Shown in pieces: positions 28,901 to 47,662 of a stretch of 64,000 nucleotides of DNA. The notes under the pieces are model-generated. The model worked only from the letters and a program-made list of their open reading frames with translations. It was not told the origin of the DNA and ran no database searches. Within the stretch, counting starts at the first letter, position 1. Every line of letters starts with the position of its first letter. This stretch comes from Bugula neritina (taxonomy: Eukaryota > Animalia > Bryozoa): assembly GCA_964035545.1 (NCBI GenBank), contig OZ037765.1, forward strand, positions 1,488,001-1,552,000, written 5' to 3'. Both the position numbers and the translations under genes were made by a program.

Positions 28901-31900
28901 CCCAGTACCGCCACAACACCTACCACTACTACAACACCCACTACTACTACAACACCTACCACTACGACAACACCCACGACCACAACAACAGCCACCACTA
29001 CTACAACACCTACAACTACTACAACACCCACTACTTCTACAACACCCACGACCACAACAACGCCCACCACTACTACAACACTCACCACTACTACAACGCC
29101 CACTACCACCACAACACCTATCACTACTACAACACCCACTACTACTACGACACCCACGATCACAACAACAGCCACCACTACTACAACACCCAGTACCGCC
29201 ACAACACCTACCACTACTACAACACCCACTACTACTACGACACCCACGACCACAACAACAGCCACCACTACTACAACGCCCACCACTACGACACCCAAAA
29301 CTACCACAACTACCACAACACCCACAACCACAACAAAAGCTACTACTACAACACCCACAACTACTACAAAACCCACTACCACCACAACCCCTCTCACTAC
29401 TACAACACCTACCACTACCACAACACCCACGACCACAACAACGCCCACCACTACTACAACGCCCAGTACCGCCACAACACCTACCACTACTACCACACCC
29501 ACTACTACTACGACACCCACGACCACAACAACAGCCACCACTACTACAACGCCCACTACTACGACATCCAAAACTACCACAACTACCACAACTACCACAA
29601 CACCCACAACCACAACAAAAGCTACTACTACAACACCCACAACTACTACAAAACCCACTACCACCACAACCCCTCTCACTACTACAACACCTACCACTAC
29701 CACAACACCCACGACCACAACAACGCCCACCACTACTACAACGCCCAGTACCGCCACAACACCTACCACTACTACCACACCCACTACTACTACGACACCC
29801 ACGACCACAACAACAGCCACCACTACTACAACGCCCACTACTACGACATCCAAAACTACCACAACTACCACAACTACCACAACACCCACAACTACTACAA
29901 CACCCAGTACCGCCACAACACTTACCACTACTACAACACCCACTACTACTACGACACCCACGACCACAACAACAGCCACCACTACTACAACGCCCACTAC
30001 TACGACACCCAAAACTACCACAACTACCCCAACACCCACAACCACAACAAAAGCTACTACTACAACACACACAACTACTACAAAACCCACTACCACCACA
30101 ACCCCTCTCACTACTACAACACCTACCACTACCACAACACCCACTACCACCACAACACCTACCACTACTACAACGCCCACCACTACTACAACACCTACCA
30201 CTACGACCACACCCACGACCACAACAACAGCCACTACTACTACAACACCCACAACTACTACAACACCCACTACTTCTACAACACCCACGATCACAACAAC
30301 GCCCACTACTACTACGACACCCACTACTACTACAACACCCACGACCACAACAACGCCCACCACTACTACAACACCTACCACTACGACAACACCCACGACC
30401 ACAACAACGCCCACCACTACTACAACACTCACCACTACTACGACACCCACTACTTCTACAACACCCACGACCACAACAACGCCCACCACTATTACAACAC
30501 TCACTACTTCTACAACACCCACGACCACAACAACGCCCACCACTACTACCACACCCACTACTTCTACAACACCCACGACCACAACAACGCCCACCACTAC
30601 TACAACACCCACTACTTCTACAACACCCACGACCACAACAACGCCCACCACTACTACAACACTCACCACTACCACAGCACCAACAACCACAACAACAGCC
30701 ACCACTACTACAACACCCACAACTACTACAACGGCCACTACCACCACAACACCTACCACTACTACAACGCCCACCACTACTACAACACCTACCACTACGA
30801 CAACACCCACGACCACAACAACAGCCACCACTACTACAACACCCACTACTTCTACAACACCCACGACCACAACAACGCCCACCACTACTACAACACTCAC
30901 CACTACCACAGCACCAACAACCACAACAACAGCCACCACTACTACAACACCCACAACTACTACAACACCCACTACTTCTACAACACCCACGACCACAACA
31001 ACGCCCACCACTACTACAACACTCACTACTTCTACAACACCCACGACCACAACAACGCCCACCACTACTACCACACCCACTATTTCTACAACACCCACGA
31101 CCACAACAACGCCCACCACTACTACAACACCCACTACTTCTACAACACCCACGACCACAACAACGCCCACCACTACTACAACACTCACCACTACCACAGC
31201 ACCAACAACCACAACAACAGCCACCACTACTACAACGCCCACTACTACGACACCCAAAACTACCACAACACTTACCACTACTACAACACCCACTACTACT
31301 ACGACACCCACGATCACAACAACGCCCACCACTACTACAACACCTACCACTACGACAACACCCACGACCACAACAACGCCCACCACTACTACAACACTCA
31401 CCACTACTACGACACCCACTACTTCTACAACACCCACGACCACAACAACGCCCACCACTATTACAACACTCACTACTTCTACAACACCCACGACCACAAC
31501 AACGCCCACCACTACTACCACACCCACTACTTCTACAACACCCACGACCACAACAACGCCCACCACTACTACAACACCCACTACTTCTACAACACCCACG
31601 ACCACAACAACGCCCACCACTACTACAACACTCACCACTACCACAGCACCAACAACCACAACAACAGCCACCACTACTACAACACCCACAACTACTACAA
31701 CGGCCACTACCACCACAACACCTACCACTACTACAACGCCCACCACTACTACAACACCTACCACTACGACAACACCCACGACCACAACAACAGCCACCAC
31801 TACTACAACACCCACTACTTCTACAACACCCACGACCACAACAACGCCCACCACTACTACAACACTCACCACTACCACAGCACCAACAACCACAACAACA

Positions 31901-33382
31901 GCCACCACTACTACAACACCCACAACTACTACAACACCCACTACTTCTACAACACCCACGACCACAACAACGCCCACCACTACTACAACACTCACTACTT
32001 CTACAACACCCACGACCACAACAACGCCCACCACTACTACCACACCCACTATTTCTACAACACCCACGACCACAACAACGCCCACCACTACTACAACACC
32101 CACTACTTCTACAACACCCACGACCACAACAACGCCCACCACTACTACAACACTCACCACTACCACAGCACCAACAACCACAACAACAGCCACCACTACT
32201 ACAACGCCCACTACTACGACACCCAAAACTACCACAACACTTACCACTACTACAACACCCACTACTACTACGACACCCACGATCACAACAACAGCCACCA
32301 CTACTACAACGCCCACTACTACGACACCCAAAACTACCACAACACTTACCACTACTACAACACCCACTACTACTACGACACCCACGACCACAACAACAGT
32401 CACCAGTACTACAACGCCCACTACTACGACACCCAAAACTACCACAACTACCACAACACCCACAACCACAACAAAAGCTACTACTACAACACCCACAACT
32501 ACTACAATGCCCACTACCGCCACAACACCTACCACTACTACAACACCCACTACAACTACGACACCCACGACCACAACAACAGCCACCACTACTACAACGC
32601 CCACAACTACTACAAAACCCACTACCACCACAACCCCTCTCACTACTACAACACCTACCACTACCACAACACCCACGACCACAACAACGCCCACCACTAC
32701 TACAACGCCCAGTACCGCCACAACACCTACCACTACTACCACACCCACTACTACTACGACACCCACGACCACAACAACAGCCACCACTACTACAACGCCC
32801 ACTACTACGACATCCAAAACTACCACAACTACCACAACACCCACAACCACAACAAAAGCTACTACTACAACACCCACAACTACTACAAAACCCACTACCA
32901 CCACAACCCCTCTCACTACTACAACACCTACCACTACCACAACACCCACTACCACCACAACACCTACCACTACTACAACGCCCACCACTACTACAACACC
33001 TACCACTACGACAACACCCACGACCACAACAACAGCCACCACTACTACAACACCCACAACTACTACAACACCCACTACTTCTACAACACCCACGACCACA
33101 ACAACGCCCACTACTACTACAACACTCACCACTACCACAGCACCAACAACTACTACAACACCAAAAACCACTACAACACCAACTATTACCACAACGCCAA
33201 CAACTACTACTGTGTTAATAACTACTCCTGCAGCAAAAACCACCACCATTACAAAACCAACCACTGACATTCCTGTAGTCTGTGCTACAGCCACATCTTT
33301 CTCACAAACTTCAAATATACTAATTGCTCTTCTTTGTGTTTTGTTTCACTTTGCAATCAATAATTATATTGCTCCACTATAA
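19988..33382 (+). CDS. Reeler-domain giant mucin with GPI-type tail (~3,852 aa); exons 19988-20189, 20707-20864, 21487-21587, 22285-33382
   Basis: Signal [20 protein letters not shown]. Reeler [59 protein letters not shown]. Then ~3,650 aa of VPTTT(T)/TPTTTT repeats in one 11,098-nt exon, ending [35 protein letters not shown]. Total 11,559 nt, divisible by 3. Confidence 0.87.
20272..20432. repeat. 27-bp intronic minisatellite (tatactaatattatttctgtactaata), ~6 copies
   Basis: Direct inspection. Confidence 0.85.
20878..21075. repeat. Degenerate (TGTC/TG)n microsatellite just after a splice donor
   Basis: Direct inspection. Confidence 0.9.
22347..33260 (+). repeat. Coding tandem array of the mucin stalk (15/18-nt units with higher-order duplications of 123, 426 and 969 bp)
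   Basis: Marker cctatgactgctataac recurs with ATG at 24335, 24761 and 25310. Markers attacaacactcac (30491/31460) and tatttctaca (31081/32050) recur 969 bp apart. Confidence 0.92.
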
Positions 33383-35019
33383 TTATTTTTCATTAGACTT
33401 TATTCACCAGTTCCATGAATATTGTTAATATTCCTGTCTCTTTCTTCTAGTAATATCTTCCAGTTTTCAGCAACTTTTTTATGATAAATATATATATTTA
33501 ATTAGTTTTATTTTCTAAATCTTTCAAATTGTTTTTCTTATGTTTTTTAACTCATTGTGTTTTTAGTAATTTTAACGGTCCTAGTCTTCACTAATTGCCA
33601 TTGGAACAACTCACACTCCTGTTCATTTGATATACTTATACACCTGTATTTTATGGCTATTGTGGATTATTCTATTGGTTGCATCATGTCTATTTTCTTT
33701 TACTACCAATTTTACAGCTTCATCAATAAAAAGGTGTTGGCTAAGTTATGGTGCCTTTATTCATCTAATTGCCTGTAACACTTCACAGCTGAAGATTTAC
33801 ATATTATGCTTCCTTGTTTGTGTTCTGATTTGCAACAGGTCTTTGGTCCTATTATAACTTTTTACAAACTTAGCTATTGCACATGAGTCAAACTTGTTTT
33901 GTTAAACTTTGCACCCAGTTACAGTAACTCATTGTTTATAGCCTTTCCATGTGGACAGGTTTTGTTGGCCGGAAATAACTTTAATGGTAAGTCTTTTTAG
34001 TGGACCTGAACCAGTTATTCTTCGGCTTTCATTTTTTATTCGTCCTTTTTGTACACCCTACAATTAATCTTTGCATGCAGTGACCCTCCTATGCTTTTAG
34101 TCAAATGACATCCACTGAAATATATGTTAATATTCATTGGTTCACATCACTTTTTGGGGGGTAACGGCTGTCCTCCAGCAAACCTTCATCACAGAAACTC
34201 CATTGATTTTGCTTTGAATCACAGTTCAGTTTAGACATGTATAAATACCAATATCAGCAAAGCTGGCTGTTTATACGACACTAACAAGTCATCTCACCAC
34301 TGCGAGCGCCTAACTATTAATCTCAGTTTTTGACTTTTCAGAGCTATAATATGCTGGAGTGTATACAGCACTGTCTATTATACTGCATGATGCCCTACAG
34401 TATGTATGTTATGCAAGCATACATGTGAAGTTATCTCAGAACTGTGTGAAACTATTATAGTCCCAGCAGCTGCTTTTCACCCTAATATTTGTAATAGAGA
34501 AATGTTTCTTATCACTAGCCAACAGTGTTTGATGCTCATGTTTTTGCTTGCAGTGTTCTACGTATTCCCTACTTAACCTCAGCGACTAGTTGACATGTAG
34601 CAAAGATAAAAATGCGACTTGCTGAAAATTACTCTTCACTGTCAAAATTCAGAAGGATCACTAAAAATCTTGCATATATAGAAGGATTCTGCAACAAAAG
34701 CAAATAAATAAAAACAGCTAACAATAGCTACAACACAATAATAACCAGATTTGTTAGAGTATTACAAAGATTTTCAAACTTGACATAATAGGCAGTTTTA
34801 ATCGAACTACTGTATCTGTGGCTTGATGAGAATGAGAACTCTGATTAGTTTGATTTTTAAAAAATTAGCTGCTGCTAATATTCAAAAGTTTAGAAGTTGT
34901 CCTCTAGTAGAGTTACAAAATACCTCTGACCAATAAGGTGAGGGCAAATAACACTATTCTATCTCTACAGTATGAACAGTCAGGTAACTTACTAAGTTTA
35001 TGCTAGAGGTGCTGGCATA

Positions 35020-39925
<4,906 letters not shown>

Positions 39926-41182
39926 AATGAACTCAACCCAAACTTTATGTAATAATAAATTCAAATAAATTATTTGTTAGCTCGTTTAGTGACACATTTT
40001 TAAACATAGCAAATTTTTCCATCTAGCTATATCATTTTAGTTTCCAATAGTTAAAACAAAATGCATTTGTCCAAATCAAAATTATTATATGCTATCATTG
40101 ATTGCAAAGCGACAATCATACCCTTTTGTATATTTGCTAAAAAATAGAAGTAAAGTTTTAACTATTTAAACTTTTGTTTTGATGCACCAATTTGCACTCT
40201 TCAAACAGGCCTTGGTAAATATATGTGTGTGTGGAGATTATTTTTAGTTCTTGAATCTGAACCCACTAGTTGATAGCACAACTTCTATAAAATCATTTTT
40301 AAGTGGAGATAACTTTAGTTCAAATGTACATTTTTTCAGAAGATTTAATATCAGCATATTAAATGGTTATAGTGTATGGTGCACAAGTAAATATTGAAAA
40401 CTGTAGCATTCACAGCTCTATTTATAATTAAGATATTTCATTTTTTTCATAAAAGGTTAAGGTCAGAAGTTGGGGTTAGAGTTCAAGACAAAAGGTGACT
40501 AGTTATAAAAGCAATTATAATTAATTACACAATAATGCACAGTGCATCAGTCGGTCTTTTCAGCTCATTTGGCATATTTACTGCACATTTTTATTCAATT
40601 TTCTGTTCATTTTCATGTTGATATTTATTGCATATCTACCTAAAAGGTATATATTTGAGCTTGTCAAGAACTGGTCTAGCTGTACATAAGATGATTGCCT
40701 CTCCTTTCTTATTTTATGGGCAATCAAGAAACTCAGCTATAATGGATGGTTACATAATAACATAACATATTGTAGATGATATTTCTTAGAGAAATCAAAG
40801 TAATAAACTAAAAGTTAAATTTAAGAATATTTTTAGCATCTTAAATGTGCATTAATCCATTTTCTTATTATTCTTGCAAAAAGCTACTGCTAATTCTCAT
40901 TATTAAATAAACTTATCATCTTCACTCTTAAAGCAGATTATATCTGGTTATTTTACAATTTACAGGGAAACAAGTTTTCATTTGTTTTTTTACTTCTTGC
41001 AGGGACCATTTTTAAAGCTTACTTTTCTATATAGTTTTAAAATTGTTTTAAAACCTCAATTAGTAGAAAATTCCACAGTCTCATAATGTAAAAACAATTT
41101 TCCCATAACTCATACATAGATATGTGAAACATAGAGGTAGCAGTTTACATTCTTTTGTTGCTTCAATTGATAAAACAAGGTG

Positions 41183-41248
41183 TTCTATTGGTCAGAATGT
41201 TTGACGAGGCTTTCTATTGGTCAGACAGTTTCTCATTTGCTATATAAA
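41183..41248 (+). promoter_or_regulatory. Candidate promoter of sulfatase copy 2: duplicated inverted CCAAT motif plus TATA
   Basis: ttctattggtcaga at 41183 and 41212, and tatataaa at 41241, ~60 nt before the ATG. The reverse motif tctgaccaata lies ~95 nt upstream of the copy 1 ATG. Confidence 0.45.
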
Positions 41249-41303
41249 CTCATAAAGTATGTTATATTTTTATTTGGTGTCAAGTTGCAGGTGTATAGTC
41301 AAC

Positions 41304-44300
41304 ATGTTGTTGTTAGCTCTAGTTGTGCTTGGTGTGCTGTCTATACCCCTGAGTGTATCGTCAGCCAAACAACCCAACATAGTATTCATTCTAGCTGATG
41401 ACTTGGGTTATGCTGATATCGGATATCACGGAGGTGCGGGTCAAATTAAGACACCAGTTTTAGATAAACTAGCATACGATGGAGTGAGACTAGAGAACTA
41501 CTATGTACAGCCAGTGTGTACTCCAACTAGAGGGGCTTTACTAGCAGGTAAGATTGATTTCAACACAAATGTATGGTTTTTGTGGTGCAGTAGTATTTAG
41601 CAAAGAGTTTCAATGCCTAATAACTTTGTTACTCTTTGTATTTTTCAAAAAGCCTATCAATTTTACAGTTGAGTATTTTCAACAGCAATGTTACATGTTT
41701 TGCAGGTAGACTGCCTATATACACAGGACTACAGCACTTAGCCTTGTTTCCAGCCCAACCATACGGCCTTCCTCTCGAACTACCAACTCTCCCTCAGAAA
41801 CTGAAGGACCTGGGATACTCGACCCATGCAATTGGTAACTCATTTTTTCATGCTGCAGCAATCTGAAAACTTTTGTATTAGCTAGTTGTATGTAAACTGG
41901 TAACCATTGACAGCCAGTTTGCTCTTGCTAATCAACTGTAAAAGTAATGTTATTTGAGATTATCATCTATAAAACTTTTATTTGTTTTTAAAACTTTAGA
42001 CCTTCAACTGCATAGGTAGATCTTTAATGTCTAATTTCAATTCATTTTATCGTAGTAACAAAATAATTCACGACTTCTTCTAAAATATTTTTCATCTACA
42101 ACGCAAGCTGTCATAATTTTTGTGCCACATTCTAAGCTTTAGATCTCATAGCATATTCTAAACTGGAAATACTATCTACTATCTACTACTATATTGAAAA
42201 CTTAGAGGGTAGTATACAAATTTATTTACTTAATCCTGATAACGGCTACATTTATATTTACATTTGTTATTTGACAATGCTCTTTAAATACACGCAAATA
42301 CAGCAGTAAATGGAGCAGTAAGAACTGAGCCTATCTTCAACAGCGATTCCAGCTAAAACTCTGTTAATTTATTCAAAATGTGTTATTAGTACGCAACTTC
42401 AAAAATGTTTCCAAAAGTTGAAACTTGTAAATGTTTATAAAATTAATAGCTATGTATGTAAAGTTTGTAGAGCAGTTGCAGTAAATGGTTTTGAAAATAG
42501 GCCCTTTATAACTGTTAATCCTGCAGGTAAATGGCACTTGGGTTTCTATAAGAAGGAATATTTACCTGTAAACAGAGGGTTCGACACTTTCTATGGCTAT
42601 TATCAGGGGGCAGAAGACTACTTCAATCATACACGTGAGTTGAAGGTTAAACTGTGATGTATCTCTCTAGTTGTTGACTATAATATAATATTATGGTAAT
42701 AATATATCAAATTTTATATGATATTATATGGCCTAATATAGAGTACAAAAGCAACCTATAATATAATCTTCTATTACATAATAATAATATTATATATTAC
42801 TATTATGCGACACTATATAATATATTAAATTTTATATAACTTTATATAACACTGTAATATAATATTATATTATACTATAATATAATAATGGTGTGTAATA
42901 ATATAACATCACAATATATAAATATATATAATAATACTGCATAATGTTATGTAATAATACATTATATAATGTTATATTATACTATGTAATAATATATTAT
43001 GTTATTGCACAATATAATATATTAATGGTATGTGATAATATTACATCACAATATATATACTAATACTGCATAATAATATATAAGATTATGTAATAATATT
43101 GTATAATAAATACTTTCAGTCTGTCTGAACCAGGATTGTGGACTTGATTTGCATAATGGCACAACTCCTGATTTCAACAAAACTGAGAAATATTCCGCCC
43201 ATGTATTCGCAAAAGAAGCTTCCAGAATAATAAAGCAGCAGGTAAAGCAGAAAGCAAAGCAGTCACTTTTTATGTACTTATGCAATAGACTATAACCTTT
43301 GCTTTTTGCAAGTACTACAGTACTACAGGTATTAGAAACAGGTATTGGCTGCTTGTGTTATTTTGTTCCATAAACTCACCCCAGTGTAAACAGGAATAAC
43401 CTGATTCAGTCGCTGTAAACAATGTCCTACATTCTGACCCTGTACTGTCTAATCCACATGCAGGGTGAGAATATGTGACAAGGTGACTTTCACCGTATGT
43501 ATGACTGAGTTTGGTCAGGTGATTATCAGATATATTGCTATAGCAGAAAACATCATGTAAATTAGATTTGTTAGTTTTTAATATACAACAAGTGCTCATT
43601 GACTAAAAATAACTTGCTAAGTTGGAAAATTGAGACAACATTAAAAGCAACAATCTCCACACACATTATGTTGAGAAGGATTTATATTTTACTAAAATTC
43701 TAATTTATAGATTTTAGCATGTTGTAGCATATAAAAGTAAAAACAAAACATAAATTAAAGTTATAAATACAGTGAAATACTCATTATTTTTTTAATATTT
43801 TGTGATACTATAAAAATAATAAAATATATTAGTTTCAGTATTTTACCATATTATAAAAATATTATCAATATTAGTTTCAATATTTTACCATTTTATAAAT
43901 ACATCACAAATATTAGTTTTAACATTTTGCCATATTATAAATATATTATAAATATTGTAATGAAATAGTAATTGTTGGGTCAAGTCTGCACAGATTGAGA
44001 ACAAAGCTTAATAACTCTTTGCATATTGTTTTATATTCCTAAGAACATAGCCTAGAGCAATTTTAGTGCCAATATTTTCATTAAATCAAAAATGTATTTA
44101 CTATTTACTATTTCATATGTATGTTTAAGGCTTAATGTTCCCACATATTCACATCATTATTAATTACAAAAAGTATGTACTAACCAATCAATATTAATGT
44201 TCACATATTATTTCCAATTGTTGCTATGTCCTATTCATTGACCGATTGCGCAATATTTGTGTAGGATTTACCTACCACATGATTTGCCTGTGTGTGGTCA

Positions 44301-46887
44301 CGAGATATGGCCTTATTTTCACGCGTCTGATCGCGACTTATCAACTGATTGACATGTATAGATAAATATTAATCTTGTGAAACTTGTTTTAGGCTAAGGA
44401 TTCATCTCCCATGTTCCTGTATCTTCCATTCCAAAATGTCCATCAACCTCAGCAAGCACCTTCAGAGTATGAAACTCAGTACGAGTTTATAGAAAATAAA
44501 CAGAGGAGAACTCTAGCTGGTGGGTATATGCCCAGATTTATTTTCTAAAATAAACACAAAACTTTTATATTATATTTAATTCAGATAGTATAAGCACATT
44601 GAGTAGACAACTTCGAAAATAAAAAGCCTATAAATCATTCAACAAACCATTGCATATAATGGTGCTATTTCTTTCCTATTTTAGCCCAAGTATCAATTCT
44701 AGATGAAGCCGTAGGTAACATAACAGATACTCTAAAGGCAGAAGGAATGTGGAACAACACGATAATAATATTCTCCAGTGATAATGGTGGGATGGTGCAG
44801 GCTGGGGGAGGTGTCGGCTGTAACTACCCTCTTAGAGGCAGTAAAACTACGCTATGGGAAGGAGGTAAGGCTACGTTATGGGAAGGAGGTAGGGCGGATA
44901 TGGGAAGGAGATAGGGCGTTGTATTGTAGAAAAAAAATTAGTTTGAGAAAGGTTTAGTTTAAACACACAAAACATTTTTTCAATCAAAAGATTAATTGAT
45001 TTATTTCTCTGCTTTAAATAATTAATGTCTAAGAAATTCCATTAGTTTTTTTCAATAATGTCTTTGAAAAATAGATTACCTAAACATTTTTGCACTTGTA
45101 TATATTTCTTGTGAGAGATTGTAAAGGTTCTAATAAAGTTTTTCAACTCCATTAGGAGTTAAAGTGGCGGGATTTGTCTCCTCTCCACTCCTCTCGGCAC
45201 CGAAGACAGTGTCACATGAGTGGATGCACGTCTCTGATTGGTACCCCACAATACTAAACTTAGCTGGAGGTTCTACCGAAGGACTCACATTGGATGGGTT
45301 TGATCAGTGGCCTGCCATCTCCGGTTCGGCTCCCAGTCCAAGAAAGGTTTGGGGAATAAATTGCTTCAATTTTGCAACACATGTCAAAGTCATAAAAGCA
45401 GAAGGTTGCTAGTTGTTTGTTAGTTGTAAATTAATTTTGTTGAGTAACTTTTAAAAAGCATCTTTAAAATTTTTACAGGAACTTCTGCATAACTTTGATC
45501 CACTGATGCCAAAGTTTGGATTCAAAAAACGAGGTTCTCCATTTGATAACAGACAGACAGCCGCTCTAAGGGTTGGAGATTATAAAATAGTAACAGGACT
45601 ACCGGCTCTGTCTAACTGGTACAAGCCAGACACTGTACAAGGTATGTAGAGTTATCTTCTCCTATTAGGAATCGAATTTATTGTACATACTCTCTAAATA
45701 ATGCTGCTATGAGGTCATTTTAACAAACTTAGTGTACTCAAGGCTACAAGTAGCGTGCCCTAGCTATTCAAACACTTGTCTTTATCAGCTTCTTAACTGT
45801 GGGATTCGAGTTTTTCGTTAATTGAAAATTCATGACGAAAAAATGAAAACTTTTAATATAACAGGGTGATGTTAGGTGAAGCAGATGTTTTGACATCGTG
45901 GAGGTTCTTTTCAAAATTGACAAGGAGAGAATTCAATAGCAAAATTAGTTTAAATTAAATTCTATTTTTTTAACTAGCACATTAAAACCTTATTGCTAGC
46001 CTAATACTTATTTGCAAAGTTTGTTTTAGCTATTATATACATACTTAAATTTTAGTCTGATACATTTCAAAGTTGTTAAATTAGTTTAAGTAGAAATTAA
46101 TAAATTGTTTAATAGCTGAAATGTATAAGAAAACAGCAAGTTTAATTCCAGTAAAGGATAAGGTAGCTTATTGTAGGCATATGCAAGGTATGTGGTGTTG
46201 GGATTCCCCAGTAGCCTCTATAATGTAGTGGTTAGTTTGCCAGGTGGAGGTCTGCCATTCACAATGGGAACAGAAGCTTCTACAGGGTCATATTAATATT
46301 TTTGTAGAGACTCAAAAGACTTTAACCTCTGAAGAAGTTATTGAAAGGGAATTCCACTTATTGTCGGAGTCCTCTTTCCTACAGAATATTTTCTTGTTTA
46401 ACATAACTGCAGACCCTTACGAACGCAACGACTTGTCTAAGGTTTGCCTACAGAGAGCTTACAATATTTATTTTAGATTGCTTTTTATGTTCAGTAATTG
46501 GTTTATAAAAGTTGATTATTAAGTTAATAGACAACAATGCAGTGTAACAATGCAGATAGATGCTAATAATTAAAACTATAGGGCACAATTAAAATATGCA
46601 CAGTGCTTGTAGTTTATAGAAACGTATTTAAAAAAAGAATTTAGTTCAGTAATTTTTTAAAAACAACCTCCATTTTTAGATTACTTTTCATTTCAATTTT
46701 TAACATAGAAAATGCTGCAATGAATAAAATAACTTTTAATTTGTAGAAAGAGCCAGAAGTAGTGGATGAACTACTGAAGCGACTAGCTGAGTATGAAGAG
46801 AGTGCTGTGCCACCCCTCCATCCTAAAGCACAACCAAATGAAGCAAATCCAAGTCTACATGGTGGCTCTTGGGAACCCTGGCAATAA
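41304..46887 (+). CDS. Arylsulfatase B/I/J-like sulfatase, copy 2 (~512 aa); exons 41304-41547, 41706-41834, 42527-42634, 43120-43241, 44393-44519, 44685-44864, 45156-45346, 45479-45641, 46308-46441, 46747-46887
   Basis: Same 10-exon structure and motifs as copy 1 ([28 protein letters not shown]); 1539 nt in frame. Confidence 0.93.
46205..46283 (+). mobile_element. Degenerate SINE relic, family A
   Basis: cccagtag..tgtagtggtt..ggaggtct..aatggga.ca.aag.ttcta matches the layout of 2794-2900. Confidence 0.35.
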
Positions 46888-47647
46888 TATATGACACGAT
46901 ATTAATCATGATTTCAGTGTGATTTAAAGAACTATAATTACATATAAAATAGGAATCTTTGAAGAAAATGCTTTAATTTTTCAAATCATTATACAATTTG
47001 CTAAAATGTTGTGTTTTATGAATTTCCAAATTGTAATAGAACAATTTTGTCTATTAAGATTAATTATACATGATGATTGAAATAAAATTTTATCAAGTTA
47101 AATTTTTGTTTGTTTAACTTTTTGCTTGCATCAAGCTACCACTTCTAATAAAAAGTAGTCAATACCGGCATAAAAATGGCATAACATTTTTTATCTAGCT
47201 CCTACTTAAAATACACGGGTATAGAGAAAAAAATTGATTTTTAAAGCTCTTATTTCAAGCCTATTATATAAGGCTTAATTCACTTATGGGATGTCATAAC
47301 GCATGCTACTAAATTTGAATGCAAATACTCTATATTCGCTTTATATAGCACCCGATGACATTTGCTATACTCTTTAAAACTTGTAAGTTTCAGTATAATA
47401 TATAAAGATGAAATTTATAATGCTAATAATAACATTATGTTGTTGCGTATTTCAAAAGCTGTACGCTATTGAAAGCAGGGTCATATTTTTGTATTGTTTA
47501 TGGAGTTGTACTTTCATGTAAAAGCGACTCGACTCGAACATTTTTATTTATATTAATGCTGATGTGATTAGTCAAAGATTCAGCCATCGCATTGGGTAAG
47601 AAAATTCTATAAATTAACACTATTGGTCCGTGTAGAGATTATGAGTT

Positions 47648-47662
47648 GTTGTCCTTAGTGAC
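47648..47662. promoter_or_regulatory. Candidate RFX X-box upstream of CFAP96
   Basis: GTTGTC-CTT-AGTGAC is an imperfect X-box palindrome in a locally GC-richer patch ~1.25 kb before the ATG; a 5' UTR intron acceptor is likely at ~48871. Confidence 0.3.

Noticed and set aside
22264-33294. Very long minus-strand Val/Gly-rich ORFs (1693 and 1928 aa) and Cys-rich ORFs
   Set aside because: These are antisense shadows of ACN/CCN codon repeats, which cannot form stops in that frame. The plus frame has the signal peptide, Reeler domain and tail.
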